Source: a virus
IMG/VR virus record: IMGVR_UViG_3300044771_000072
Length of the DNA stretch: 64,000 nucleotides
Direction: 5' to 3' (one strand)
Shown here: positions 51,332 to 61,353 of the stretch, piece after piece
How the letters are laid out: every line of letters starts with the position of its first letter
Position numbering within the stretch: position 1 is the stretch's first letter
Translations under genes and position numbers: made by a program
The notes under the pieces: generated by a model
Seen by the model: the letters and a program-made list of their open reading frames with translations, nothing else
Told to the model about the DNA's origin: nothing
Databases searched by the model: none

Positions 51332-52794
51332 TGTTCACCCCGCTGCTTCACATCACGCTTCCTGAAGACGACGGCGAAGATCGTCACTTCGCGCCGATCT
51401 TGCTCGCGCTCGAGGCCATGTGCGCGATCAACAAGTGGCACATCCAGCGCGCGCTCAAGCGCGCGGAGAAGGGGCAGGGCGTTCCGTTCCCACCGCTCTA
51501 CGCGTCTGGTGTTCGCTACAAGGAGGATCCGGCGGGGCGTGAGGATTGGCGCGACTGCTACGTGGTGCTCAAGCGCGGATGGGGGGACTGCCTTCCGCTT
51601 TCGACGCTGGTGCTACGTGATGACTATACGCTGGCGCCGCTTGTCGCGTTGCGCCCCGGCGATCGAATCATGGGCGCGAATGCCTGGACGCAGGTGCAGG
51701 AGAACGTCGTGACCGGCGAAAAGCCGATCCTGATGTTCCGTTTGTCGAATGGCTGCACGCTTCGATGCTCGCCCGAGCATCGGCTGTTCCGCGATGTGGA
51801 AGGTACGATCGAAGAAATTCGAGCGAGCGACGCTCGGATCGGCGACGATCTGCTGACGTCACAATCGATTCCGCGCGCAGCCACTGAAGATCTCGGCTGG
51901 CCGGAGTCACTGGCGAAGCTGTCTGAAACGGATCGCGCCTGGCTGCTTGGCGTTTTCGTGGCGGATGGCTGGACGGAGGACTATCGCGCGGCGATCTCGG
52001 GGCGTGATGGCAAGCCCAAGGAAGCGCAGAAGCGCCGCGTCGAGACACTGATGAAAGACGTTGGCGTCGCGACGCGTTGGCATGAGAAGTACATCGCGAT
52101 CAACGATCGGGCCGTGGCCGAATTCTTTGCGAAGTGCGGTCGGCTCGCGCCCAACAAGCATCTCGACTCACTTCGTTTCGGCACGGACGCTTCTGTGCGC
52201 GCCGCGCTTGACGGGCTGGCCGCAGACGCGGGTCATACGAAAACGGGTGACCCGGAATCGGCGCTCGTCTACACCACGACATCGCAGGTGCTAGCGCTGC
52301 AGCTTCGCGTGCTGTACCGCATGCTGGGGCACAGCGTGTCGATTCAGCGCGTTGACGACCATGGCGGCCTAGGCGAGAATCCGATCTATCGTCTGGTTCC
52401 GCGGCTGAAGACGCGAGAAGGGTACGCCGAACGGCGCGAGAAGAAGTTCGCCCGTGTTCGTGCGATCGCAGACGGCGGTGTCGAGCTGTGCGGTGACATC
52501 ACGACTGACGCGGGTCGGTTCTGGCTGCCGGAGTCGGACGTGCTAGTGCACAATTGCGACAACCTCGTCGCGTGGCGTGTCGGAGAGCTTCGTGCCGCCG
52601 GCATCGATGCGCAGCCTGCCGTCAAGTGGCAGCAGGTTCCCAAGGACATGATGATCAAGATGGGGCACCCCGCAGACAAGATCCCCGAGAGTGGTATTTC
52701 AATGGTTCATTGCTCTGTGAAGTATCCCGACGGGCGGATCGAAGACGTCTCGAAGAACCTCGGCATGGGCGGCGCGTACACGAACAAGCTCTGA
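51331..52794 (+). CDS. Transglutaminase-like cysteine protease (165-aa extein) interrupted by an intein
   Basis: Spliced product reads RGWGD-CDNL...MVHC...IEDVS (Cys-His-Asp). Confidence 0.75.
   Translation: MFTPLLHITLPEDDGEDRHFAPILLALEAMCAINKWHIQRALKRAEKGQGVPFPPLYASGVRYKEDPAGREDWRDCYVVLKRGWGDCLPLSTLVLRDDYTLAPLVALRPGDRIMGANAWTQVQENVVTGEKPILMFRLSNGCTLRCSPEHRLFRDVEGTIEEIRASDARIGDDLLTSQSIPRAATEDLGWPESLAKLSETDRAWLLGVFVADGWTEDYRAAISGRDGKPKEAQKRRVETLMKDVGVATRWHEKYIAINDRAVAEFFAKCGRLAPNKHLDSLRFGTDASVRAALDGLAADAGHTKTGDPESALVYTTTSQVLALQLRVLYRMLGHSVSIQRVDDHGGLGENPIYRLVPRLKTREGYAERREKKFARVRAIADGGVELCGDITTDAGRFWLPESDVLVHNCDNLVAWRVGELRAAGIDAQPAVKWQQVPKDMMIKMGHPADKIPESGISMVHCSVKYPDGRIEDVSKNLGMGGAYTNKL
51589..52554 (+). 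mobile_element. Intein (322 aa) with LAGLIDADG endonuclease domain
   Basis: Starts CLPLST, block B CSPEHRL, LLGVFVADG, ends VLVHN followed by +1 Cys. Confidence 0.93.
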
Positions 52795-52848
52795 GTGCTC
52801 GACGCGTTATTGTACTTCCGGCATCCAGACGAGGTAATAATCGCACCC

Positions 52849-53280
52849 ATGAGCAGCCACGAAGCGACGGAGCTGAGGCTCTACATCGCCAATGCCGCGG
52901 ACTTGCATCGGCAGCAAGGCACGGCGATCCTGCGGAACCTCGCGACCAAGAAGGCGCGTGGCGACTACAAGCACGATCTCGCGGTGAAGCTGTACATGTA
53001 CCTCGTCGAGAGTGGCGCGAAGAAGTACGTCAAGCAGTTCGGCACGCCGGATCAACCGTGGCACAAGCTGTTCAGCATGGCGGATCGCAAGGCCGTCGCT
53101 GAGGATCTGACGCGGAGCTTCGAAGAAGAGTACGGCTACGGCAATTACGACAGCCTGTTGCCGAAGAAGTACCAAGCCGCGGGAACGCCGGCAGGCGCAC
53201 GGCTCAAGAAGTCGGCCGCGCGTCTTCAGCGCGAGATCGACGAGTCGCTCGCGTCCGCGAAGAAGGGTGCGCGCCGGTGA
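52849..53280 (+). CDS. Helical phage protein with C-terminal variant tag KSAARLQREIDESLA
   Basis: ORF translation; motif at ~53206-53253. Confidence 0.8.
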   Translation: MSSHEATELRLYIANAADLHRQQGTAILRNLATKKARGDYKHDLAVKLYMYLVESGAKKYVKQFGTPDQPWHKLFSMADRKAVAEDLTRSFEEEYGYGNYDSLLPKKYQAAGTPAGARLKKSAARLQREIDESLASAKKGARR

Positions 53281-54266
53281 TTCCGATTTTGCTGGTCGCG
53301 ATCGTCTTCGCCGTCGTCGCTTCGGCTTCTCACGCACGCGGCGAAGCCACGTGGGCACCGACGCGCCCCGCGTTACCTCCGAGTCCGATCGCCGTGCTTG
53401 GCCAGTACGCACGCGTCGGCGCAATGCCTCCGCCACCGGTGATCATCTGCGCGATCGCCGAGGCCGAGTCGATCGGCCGCAACGATCTCGCGAGTGACAT
53501 CGTGCGCGTGTTCGTCGCGCCGGTGGTCGCACAGCATCACGGCCTGCAGACGCCGCGGCCTTCGGCGGCCCAGCGCCGCGCAGCGCCACGGCACGTGATC
53601 GATGTCGAGGCGGAAGAGGAACCAGAACCTGTGCGTGCTCCGCGCGCGCCGCGCGGCACGGCACTGTCTGATGAGCAGCTCCGCGCGGCGCTCAACGCGA
53701 ATCCCGAGCGCTTCGTGCGCGAGGCGGCATCCGCCTCGGGTCTGAACGATCTCGCGGATGCCGCTGGCATCGATCGGAGCGTGCTGCCGGCAGCGGCAGC
53801 CGTCATGGCCGCGACGGCGGCGGCGCACGCGCTGTCCTCTCCGATCAAGGGCGTCGATCCGATCGACTGGTCCAGGTTCTGCGACAAGCTCGAGCGCGAG
53901 CCGGCCGAGTACGTGTCTGCGCGTCACGTTGGTCGCTATCGCCAGCGCAAGGAGCGCCTGCAGGAGCTCGGGATCGATCCGCGCAGCGTGATCGGATCGC
54001 CAGACGCGCAGCGCGCCGCTCTCGATACTGATCTCGCGGACGCCCATCACCACGCGAGCGCCTCTGGGCTCGCCGACGATCACGTGGGACGCAAGATCGC
54101 GCTTCCCGGCGGCGAGGCAGCTACGGAGGTCACGCTCTCCGGCGTGCTCGGTGTGATCCAGGCGGCAGGTCTTGACGGCGCAGCGGGATGGTTCGAGCGC
54201 CAAGGGGATCGGAAGAAGTATCCCCACACGACGGTCGCGTTCACGCGAACCAACGGGGTGTTCTAA
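53277..54266 (+). CDS. Membrane-anchored protein with C-terminal lysozyme-like domain (candidate virion muramidase)
   Basis: N-terminal hydrophobic helix; LERE...GRYRQ...AQ...TLSGVLGVIQAAG..GA. Confidence 0.5.
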   Translation: MIPILLVAIVFAVVASASHARGEATWAPTRPALPPSPIAVLGQYARVGAMPPPPVIICAIAEAESIGRNDLASDIVRVFVAPVVAQHHGLQTPRPSAAQRRAAPRHVIDVEAEEEPEPVRAPRAPRGTALSDEQLRAALNANPERFVREAASASGLNDLADAAGIDRSVLPAAAAVMAATAAAHALSSPIKGVDPIDWSRFCDKLEREPAEYVSARHVGRYRQRKERLQELGIDPRSVIGSPDAQRAALDTDLADAHHHASASGLADDHVGRKIALPGGEAATEVTLSGVLGVIQAAGLDGAAGWFERQGDRKKYPHTTVAFTRTNGVF

Positions 54267-54267
54267 A

Positions 54268-54681
54268 ATGGCGAAGCGCCCGACGTACATTCGCGGAGCT
54301 TCTGCCATCGCCAGGAACGCGATGGCGGCTGAGACCGTGAAGCTCAAAGATCGCAACAGCGGCAACCAGGTTTGGCTGACGGTCCGCGATGGCGTGGTGG
54401 TCGGCTGCATGGGATCGGATCCCAAGCGCTACGTCGGGCTGACGATCGAGATGGCCAAGCACCATGCGCGCCACGGCGGTGACGTGAAGAAGGTGCTCTC
54501 GAAGTACGAGAAGAGTCGACTCGCCACGCTCGAGCTCCGACCCCAGGTGCTGCCGGAGTTCCTGCCGCTGTTCGATCATTGCGTGAACCTCGCGGCAGAT
54601 GCGCATCGCCGTGGCTCCGCGGCGCGCGCAGGGCTTGATCTGCTTCACGCGCGGCGGCTGCTCAGGCACGGCAGCCGATGA
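54268..54681 (+). CDS. Hypothetical protein
   Basis: ATG directly after upstream stop; ATGA overlap downstream. Confidence 0.6.
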   Translation: MAKRPTYIRGASAIARNAMAAETVKLKDRNSGNQVWLTVRDGVVVGCMGSDPKRYVGLTIEMAKHHARHGGDVKKVLSKYEKSRLATLELRPQVLPEFLPLFDHCVNLAADAHRRGSAARAGLDLLHARRLLRHGSR

Positions 54682-54964
54682 CGCGCGGCACGCGCCAGAC
54701 GCTTGGTATCGCGGCGATCGCTCTCGGCCTCGGTCTGGCAGCATCCTACGCCTTTGACCCACACAGCCATGTCTGCGACGCCTGTGGGCATCGCTGGCGG
54801 CATTTCGGCGCGTTCAACGGCAACAACACGGCCGCCCATACCTGCGCCAAGTGCGGGGCGCTTCAATGGTGGAAACACCCTGCGCCCTCAAGAGAATTGC
54901 GCGCTGCCCACGATCACGCGACAATGACCCCCCACGCTACCCGCCCCCGAGGAGCCTACGTACC

Positions 54965-57900
54965 ATGATGACCATCGGCGAAATCACGAAGGCTGTACTC
55001 GCGCAAGACACGCGATGGGCGGAGATCCTCCAGCGTGCGCGCGCGGCAAAGCATCCCGCCTCCGTTTCGGCGGAGCGCTGGTACAAGACGGCGTGGAGCC
55101 CGCGCCTCAGCAGCTTCCTGCAGGCGGCCTCCGATCTGGATCCTGCGGCCAGGATTTCTGATGCCGTGGACGAGTATCTGACGTTCGTGAATGAGAGGCT
55201 GTACCCCGGCGCTCGCCAGGCCGGCTTCCCCGAGTCCTCGTTCATTCTCGAGGACATCACGCTCGAAGAAGCGGGTCCGCTCGAGGACGTCAATGTCAGT
55301 GGCAGCAGCCGCGGCGGTCACGGCGGCGGTCACTACCATGGCGGCAGCCACAACGATCACGGCCACCACGGAGGTCGCGGAGGGGCAAGCCGTTCCGATT
55401 GGGGCTTGATGGAAGACGTGCTCGTCGGTCGCGGCGGCGGCGGCGGTCGTGGCGGTCGTGGCGGCGGCGGCGGCGGCGGCGGTCGTGGCGGTCGTGGTGG
55501 TGGTGGTGGTGGTGGTGGTGGTGGTGGCGGCGGCGGTCATCACGGTCACCATGGCCACCATGGTCAGCACGGCGGTCGCCGTTTCTTTGGCGGCGGCTGG
55601 GGCTATCCGTACTACGACTATTCCCGCCCGCTCCTTGTCGAAGAAGACGACGACAGCGCGGATGCGGCGGCGGCGGCGGAAGATGCGGCAGCCGCAGCGC
55701 GCGAAGCGGCCGCTGCCGCGAAGGCGGCAGCCGCGGCGCTGGCCATTCCGGCGGTAGCCGAAGCCGTGCAGAAGGCAGCGGCAACGGCGATGGATCCGGC
55801 TGCGGCGCCGGTCGCGGTCGGCATGAACAGCTACGATCCGTGGCGCGTGATGGAGAGCTCGCCGCCGGCGCGCTATCCGATCGTGCCCGACGAGTATCTG
55901 CCCGTGCGGCGCTCGGTGTACCTGGCTGGCGTGGCGACGCCTCCGACCAGCGGCGTCAACGTGGCGTTCGACCTGGATGCCTCGAATCGACTGCACGTGA
56001 AGATCTGCGTCGACGGGCAGTGCTACCAGCGCGAGACGGATCTGGCAGAGGTGATCGAGGCGCTTTACGCGCATCTTCATGCGCAGCGCGTGCCGCCACT
56101 CGAGGACACGTTCGCGTCCGAGCTGGCGCCCGAAGCGGTGGTCGATGAGGCTGTCGCGACGGTCGGCAAGCTTTTGGTCGGCTGCATGCTCGAAGAGCAC
56201 GGCGACACGATCGTCGGCGGCTGGTGGAGCACGGTCAAGAAGGGGATCAAGAAGGCGACCTACGGCGTGCACCACGCGGCGTCGAAGGCGGCGGCGAAGT
56301 ACCTCAAGGTCCCCGCCACGATGGTGGTGACCGCAGTGGCGACGGTATATGGCGGTCCCGCCGCCGGTGCCGCCGCGGCGAAGTACACGGGACCCCTGAT
56401 GGACGCCGTGGCGAACGACTTCAAGAAGGGCAAGGGCACCGCCATCATCAAGGCCGCCGAAGAAGAGGCGAAGACCAATCCCAAGGTCAAGGAAGCCCTG
56501 GACGTCGCCAAGGCCGCGGTGGTGGACGCGACGGTGGCGTACACGTTGACCGATCTGCAGAAGAAGGCACAGGCCGGCGACAAGGAGGCGCAGAAGAAGA
56601 TCGAAGACATTCACCTCGCGGCCAATGCAGGCGATCTGGCTGCCGCGCAATCGGTGGCGATGCTCGCAGACGCGCGCGAGAAGTCGGCGGCGAATGACGC
56701 TGCGAAGGCGGCCGGTGCGAAGGTCGGCCATTGGGCGTTGCCACTCGCGCTCGGTGCCGGTGCCGGTGCGGCAGGGCTGGCCGGCTACCAGGCATGGAAC
56801 CGGAAGCATCCCGGCGCGTTCGCGAAGTTCTTCGCGCCCAAGACGCCGGCGCTCGAGATCGATACGGTGGAGGTCGCTACGGTCACGCCGGAGCAGCAGG
56901 AGGCGGTGGCTTCTGGCGTCCTGCCCGTGGTGGCACTCGTGGCGGCCGCGCTCGCGGGCTACGCATGGTGGCGGAACCGCGCCAGCAAGCAGCTCGCGGA
57001 TCAGGCGATGCTGACGGCGGCCGAAGCAGACGCCTCCGCGGATTCGAAGGTGAAGACGGCGCTGGCGGAGCAGGCCGTGGACCTGGCGGAACAGGCGAAG
57101 GAATCGGCTCCGCCGACGGAGCCCACGCCCGGGTGGGAAGATCCGAACGATCCGAGCAGCGCCTTCTACCAATCGGTGTACGGCCCGCAAGGAGACGCGT
57201 CCACGGCGGGTGAGATTGTCGGCGCGCGCCAGGTGCTCGCGACCGGGAAGCCGATCACGATTCCGGTGATCACGGAAGACGGTGAGCCCACGGATCGCGC
57301 GGTGATGTGGCACCCAACGATCGATCAGATCAAGCGGTTCGGGAAGAAGATCCCGGCGTACTACACCGAAGATGAGGGTGGCCTCTTCCTGTTCGCGGAT
57401 CCGAAGGGTTTCGAGATCGATCAAGGGCCCCTCATGGGGCGGCGCGTCCTGCGCTACGCGCCGACGTGGAACGTGCGCTACATCGGAACGGCGCTCGCCG
57501 AGCGCGTGCGGCGCGGCGCAGCCCCTTCGCATGAAGGGCTGACGGAAGAGACCAATGCGCGCTTCTGGGAGCAGACGGGCTACAAGCCCGGCCAGAAGCT
57601 CGATCCGCGCAACCCGAAGGACAAGGCCATGGCCAAGGTGTGGCTGGCGATCCACAACCGGATCAAGGCGGAAGAGCTGGGGCGTCGCTATGCGAACGTG
57701 CAGTACGGGCAGCCGGTCACCAGCGGGCGTGCGCAGGTCGTCGGCGCTACCGCGGGGCTCGCGGCGCTGCAGCAGATGGCGTCCAATGTGGCGTCACGAT
57801 CGGAAAAGCGCGTCGTTGGCGTGGTTCGGTTGCCGAACGGCAAATGGCTGACGCCGTCATTCGCGGATGCCGATGACGCTGACGACTGGTTCGGTCGCGT

Positions 57901-58054
57901 CATGGGCGTCAAGCACGCGTTCACGTACGCCGCGTACTTCGATCGTGAGGATCCGATGTGGCCGCGTCCGCTCAACGAGACGATCGGCAAGGCGCGCCCG
58001 GCTCCGGTGGCGCAGAAGCCACGGATCCAGCGGGAGATCGCGACGGCGGCATAG
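54965..58054 (+). CDS. Large modular virion protein (~1029 aa) with Gly/His-rich tract, TM segments and repeated xVG junctions
   Basis: ORF track; ATGA coupling; internal modules shared with 62311-63792. Confidence 0.8.
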   Translation: MMTIGEITKAVLAQDTRWAEILQRARAAKHPASVSAERWYKTAWSPRLSSFLQAASDLDPAARISDAVDEYLTFVNERLYPGARQAGFPESSFILEDITLEEAGPLEDVNVSGSSRGGHGGGHYHGGSHNDHGHHGGRGGASRSDWGLMEDVLVGRGGGGGRGGRGGGGGGGGRGGRGGGGGGGGGGGGGGHHGHHGHHGQHGGRRFFGGGWGYPYYDYSRPLLVEEDDDSADAAAAAEDAAAAAREAAAAAKAAAAALAIPAVAEAVQKAAATAMDPAAAPVAVGMNSYDPWRVMESSPPARYPIVPDEYLPVRRSVYLAGVATPPTSGVNVAFDLDASNRLHVKICVDGQCYQRETDLAEVIEALYAHLHAQRVPPLEDTFASELAPEAVVDEAVATVGKLLVGCMLEEHGDTIVGGWWSTVKKGIKKATYGVHHAASKAAAKYLKVPATMVVTAVATVYGGPAAGAAAAKYTGPLMDAVANDFKKGKGTAIIKAAEEEAKTNPKVKEALDVAKAAVVDATVAYTLTDLQKKAQAGDKEAQKKIEDIHLAANAGDLAAAQSVAMLADAREKSAANDAAKAAGAKVGHWALPLALGAGAGAAGLAGYQAWNRKHPGAFAKFFAPKTPALEIDTVEVATVTPEQQEAVASGVLPVVALVAAALAGYAWWRNRASKQLADQAMLTAAEADASADSKVKTALAEQAVDLAEQAKESAPPTEPTPGWEDPNDPSSAFYQSVYGPQGDASTAGEIVGARQVLATGKPITIPVITEDGEPTDRAVMWHPTIDQIKRFGKKIPAYYTEDEGGLFLFADPKGFEIDQGPLMGRRVLRYAPTWNVRYIGTALAERVRRGAAPSHEGLTEETNARFWEQTGYKPGQKLDPRNPKDKAMAKVWLAIHNRIKAEELGRRYANVQYGQPVTSGRAQVVGATAGLAALQQMASNVASRSEKRVVGVVRLPNGKWLTPSFADADDADDWFGRVMGVKHAFTYAAYFDREDPMWPRPLNETIGKARPAPVAQKPRIQREIATAA

Positions 58055-58299
58055 ATGTGGACGGTGGCCGAATACATGACGCGGGTGTGTCGCTGCGGGA
58101 AGCCTCGCAGCGAGCATGCCCATGCATGGACGCAACGGGGCGCCGAGTGGGCTGATCCTTCGTCACGCGATCCCAAGGATCTTCATGTGGTCGGGATGAC
58201 CGTCGCGTGCGAAGGCTTCCTCGACGCGATCGAGCTGGAGCTCGGCGGGATGCCCCTCGCCAACAAGCATCTTCGGCCGTTGATGATCGAGGGGGATTG

Positions 58300-58524
58300 A
58301 TGAGCTCGACACTGACCACGATCAGCGACGGCATCAAGGAAGGTACCCAGACCTTCGCCGAGGACGCGCGCGTCGCGATGGAGGCGAGCCCCGGTTACTT
58401 CACGACCTGGTACACGGTGAAGTCGATCGCCCTGGTTGGCGCGATCGCCACGGCCGCGTACTACCTCGGCAAGAGCCGAGGCACCATGGCGGCCGTGAAG
58501 GCCGCGAAAGGGCGAGGCGAATGA
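58300..58524 (+). CDS. Small single-TM protein
   Basis: SIALVGAIATAAYYLGK. Confidence 0.65.
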   Translation: MSSTLTTISDGIKEGTQTFAEDARVAMEASPGYFTTWYTVKSIALVGAIATAAYYLGKSRGTMAAVKAAKGRGE

Positions 58525-59180
58525 CGCGCGGAATGTACAGCGGGACCTACCGCGGATCGCCCCGGGTCGGTAACGTCCTCTATCACACCGTCGGTGATCG
58601 CGAAGAGGTCGTGAAGAAGCTCGGCCTCGACTACGGCCAGGCATTCCAAGAGATTTCACGCCAGGTCGGCGTGATTCCCTACGAAGGGGCTGCCGAGCGC
58701 GTCAAGAAGATCAACCGTCCCATGTGGCTCGCGTGGTGGCAGGGAGTCGCGACGCCCCTGTTCGCGGCGTGGTCCAAGTTCAAGGCGGAGCAGCTCACCG
58801 GGGACACGACCGGGCCCGGCGGCGATTGGATCGCCTACGCGGAGCGCTGGGAGACGGATTGGCCGATCTACGAGGACTGGCGCCGTCGGCTCGTCGAGCT
58901 ACGTGCAGGCGCAAAGAGCCTGGGCATGACGATCAGAACGCCTGCGCCTGTGGCACTGCCGGTGACGCTGCCCGGCAAGATCGCGGATTGGGCATCAGAG
59001 CAGGCCTGCGACGTCAAAGAAGCGGCCGGCAGCGCCTGGACGATGGCCAAGATCGGCGTCTACGGTGCCCTGGGTCTTGGCGCGATCATCGCGCTCTCGA
59101 GCGTCGTCCAGAGCGTCCGCCACAACGAAGATCCGCTCGAGAAGTACCACGGCATGGCGAAGGAATGGCGTCGCCGATGA
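58521..59180 (+). CDS. C-terminally anchored membrane protein, paralogue of 59714-60433
   Basis: Shared H..DRE, W..F, W..W...L, P.ALP.T motifs. Confidence 0.8.
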   Translation: MTRGMYSGTYRGSPRVGNVLYHTVGDREEVVKKLGLDYGQAFQEISRQVGVIPYEGAAERVKKINRPMWLAWWQGVATPLFAAWSKFKAEQLTGDTTGPGGDWIAYAERWETDWPIYEDWRRRLVELRAGAKSLGMTIRTPAPVALPVTLPGKIADWASEQACDVKEAAGSAWTMAKIGVYGALGLGAIIALSSVVQSVRHNEDPLEKYHGMAKEWRRR

Positions 59181-59504
59181 TCGCGCGGTTCCTCATGCCC
59201 TTCATGACGCTCGTGACGGTCGTCAAGGCGCGCCAGCGCTGCGTGCCGATCAGCGTCGTGTCTGTGCGCGGGATCTATCGATGAGCAGAGAAAGCCTGGA
59301 CTTCATCGTCGAGATCCGTGATCCGTCGGGTGTCCTTCGAAGCACACTGGACTCCGATCAATTTCGCACGGCCTCTGGTTGCCCTCGGACGATGTTTCTC
59401 GGCGATTGCATCGAGCGCTGGAACGCGTCCCAGCTTCAGCGCGGTGCAGAAGATCGCGCGTACCTTCGCATGGACATCAAGCGCGCCACGCGCCGGAGGC
59501 GGCG

Positions 59505-59714
59505 ATGAGCCGCGGTACGTACGGTCTTCGCGTCGGCGCTGATCCCGAGCCAGGGGCTTCGCGCACGGGGGCACTGATCGGAATCGGCGCGACGCTGCTG
59601 CTCTTCGTCGGGATCTGGCGGCTCGATCGATCCGCCGATCACCAGAGCACATTCATGCCGGATCTCGAGGCGCGCTATCGAGCGCGCGGCATCGATCCGC
59701 GCACGGTGTTCTGA
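59505..59714 (+). CDS. Small single-TM protein (MSRGTYGLRVG|AD)
   Basis: GGAGG RBS; TM helix. Confidence 0.7.
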   Translation: MSRGTYGLRVGADPEPGASRTGALIGIGATLLLFVGIWRLDRSADHQSTFMPDLEARYRARGIDPRTVF

Positions 59715-60433
59715 TGGCGCGTGGCTCTTACGATCGTCCCTCGGAGGGCCGTGGTGCGTACGCAAAGCAAGATCCACTGCTCGTCCGCTGGACCGTCGGC
59801 CGTACGGTCGACAAGCACATCGATCCGATCCGTAGTCGGCTTGCAGGGGGCGCGCTCGACGCGCTTGACGCCGGTCGTGCCGCCGAGAGGATCTGGCGCG
59901 GATCACAAGCGTTTCGCGATCACGGGGAGACGTCGACGGCGCAGGTAGGCGCCGAGTGGTTCCACGACCTCGCCGATCGGGAGCGCGCGCTCGTGCAGCT
60001 CTCTGCCGGTTATAACGCGCTCCTGTCAGAGACCGCGCTCGAGGCGCGCCGTGACCCCACGGATCGCGCGTGGTTTTTGTCGGATGTCGTGCCGACCGTC
60101 GCGCGGTGGCAGGCGTTCGCGCAGAACCAGCGATCCTCGCGGTGGACGCGCACCGCGACGAACTGGAAGGCGTTTGGAGCGTGGCGCGATGGACTTCAGC
60201 GAATGCGCGAGCTCGGACGCGCGCGCGGCATCACGTTCGTGAGTCAGGATCCGCCGGCGTTGCCCAAGACCGTGTGGGAGAAGATCGATAGCGGCCAGGG
60301 TACGCAGCTGATGTCCTGGTTCGGGGTCGGAAAGCTCGTGTTTTTCGGTGGGATGACAGTCCTCGGGATCGGCTCGCTGTACAGCAAGCTGCGTGGACGA
60401 TCGAAGGACGCGCATGGTACGAACGGCGGATGA
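59714..60433 (+). CDS. C-terminally anchored membrane protein, paralogue of 58521-59180
   Basis: As above. Confidence 0.8.
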   Translation: MARGSYDRPSEGRGAYAKQDPLLVRWTVGRTVDKHIDPIRSRLAGGALDALDAGRAAERIWRGSQAFRDHGETSTAQVGAEWFHDLADRERALVQLSAGYNALLSETALEARRDPTDRAWFLSDVVPTVARWQAFAQNQRSSRWTRTATNWKAFGAWRDGLQRMRELGRARGITFVSQDPPALPKTVWEKIDSGQGTQLMSWFGVGKLVFFGGMTVLGIGSLYSKLRGRSKDAHGTNGG

Positions 60434-60462
60434 AGTCTACTGATCACGTGGAGAGCTGACGA

Positions 60463-61353
60463 GTGAGCGCGGATCTACATGCGAAGCTCCTCGCATTCAT
60501 CAGCGGCGAATTCGAGCGCAAAGAAGGCCGCCAGTGCGTCAAGCTCGAGCTGGTCTACTCGCAGCAGGGTTTTCGCGACGAGATGCTGCAATCGTGGATT
60601 CGCATCGACGAGCCCGAAGTCTTCGAGAGCCGAGCGCTGACCGAGAAGTTGGTGTCCGACATCATCGAGCGTACCGAGGGGCACGCGGATACCTTCGGCC
60701 AAGGCACGCACCGCTTCACGCTGCGCACGCACCAACACCTCGGCGGACGCGCGGTGTACGCGTTCAAGGTCGCGCCGTCCGCTTCGACAGGCGGCGCCGG
60801 CGAAGATCCTCCCGAGCTGGCGATGACCAAGTCGCAAGGGGACATGGGTATCGTGGCGCAGCACGCCTCGCAGCTGATGCGCAACAACACGATGATGTAC
60901 CAGGGCACGATCGGCGTGCTCGGAGCGACGAATCGCCAGCTCTCCGAAGAGAACACGGAGATTCGCGCGCGGATGCGCGTGCTCGAGAAGGAGCTCGACG
61001 AGGCGCGCTCGAACAACCTGACGCGTGAATTCGAGCTCTCCGTGCAGATGCGTAAACACGCACGCACCGACGCTGGGTTCAACAAGCTCATGCAGTTCGG
61101 GACCATCGCGATGGCGAAGATGTCCGCCGGAGGCGAGAAGACAGGCCCGGGCGCAGCCACTGGATTGGCGATGATGGTCTTCGAGTTCGGGAAGAGCCTG
61201 CAGGCTCACCAGCAGAAGGAGCTGTTTGCGATCCTCGATTTTGCGCAGCGCGCGATGCTCATGGAGATCTTGACGTCGGTGGCACCACCGCCAGAGGAAG
61301 CGCCGCAGCCGTCGAAGCCTGAACCGCCTCCGAACGGCGCACCGACTTCCTGA
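60463..61353 (+). CDS. Hypothetical protein with coiled coil
   Basis: GGAGA RBS; 296-aa ORF with typical codon usage. Confidence 0.75.
   Translation: MSADLHAKLLAFISGEFERKEGRQCVKLELVYSQQGFRDEMLQSWIRIDEPEVFESRALTEKLVSDIIERTEGHADTFGQGTHRFTLRTHQHLGGRAVYAFKVAPSASTGGAGEDPPELAMTKSQGDMGIVAQHASQLMRNNTMMYQGTIGVLGATNRQLSEENTEIRARMRVLEKELDEARSNNLTREFELSVQMRKHARTDAGFNKLMQFGTIAMAKMSAGGEKTGPGAATGLAMMVFEFGKSLQAHQQKELFAILDFAQRAMLMEILTSVAPPPEEAPQPSKPEPPPNGAPTS

Noticed and set aside
54956..57655. 899-aa antisense ORF (likewise 48795-50525, 40980-42371, 35041-36354, 31597-32865)
   Set aside because: Shadow ORFs opposite genuine genes, expected at this GC content; no motifs
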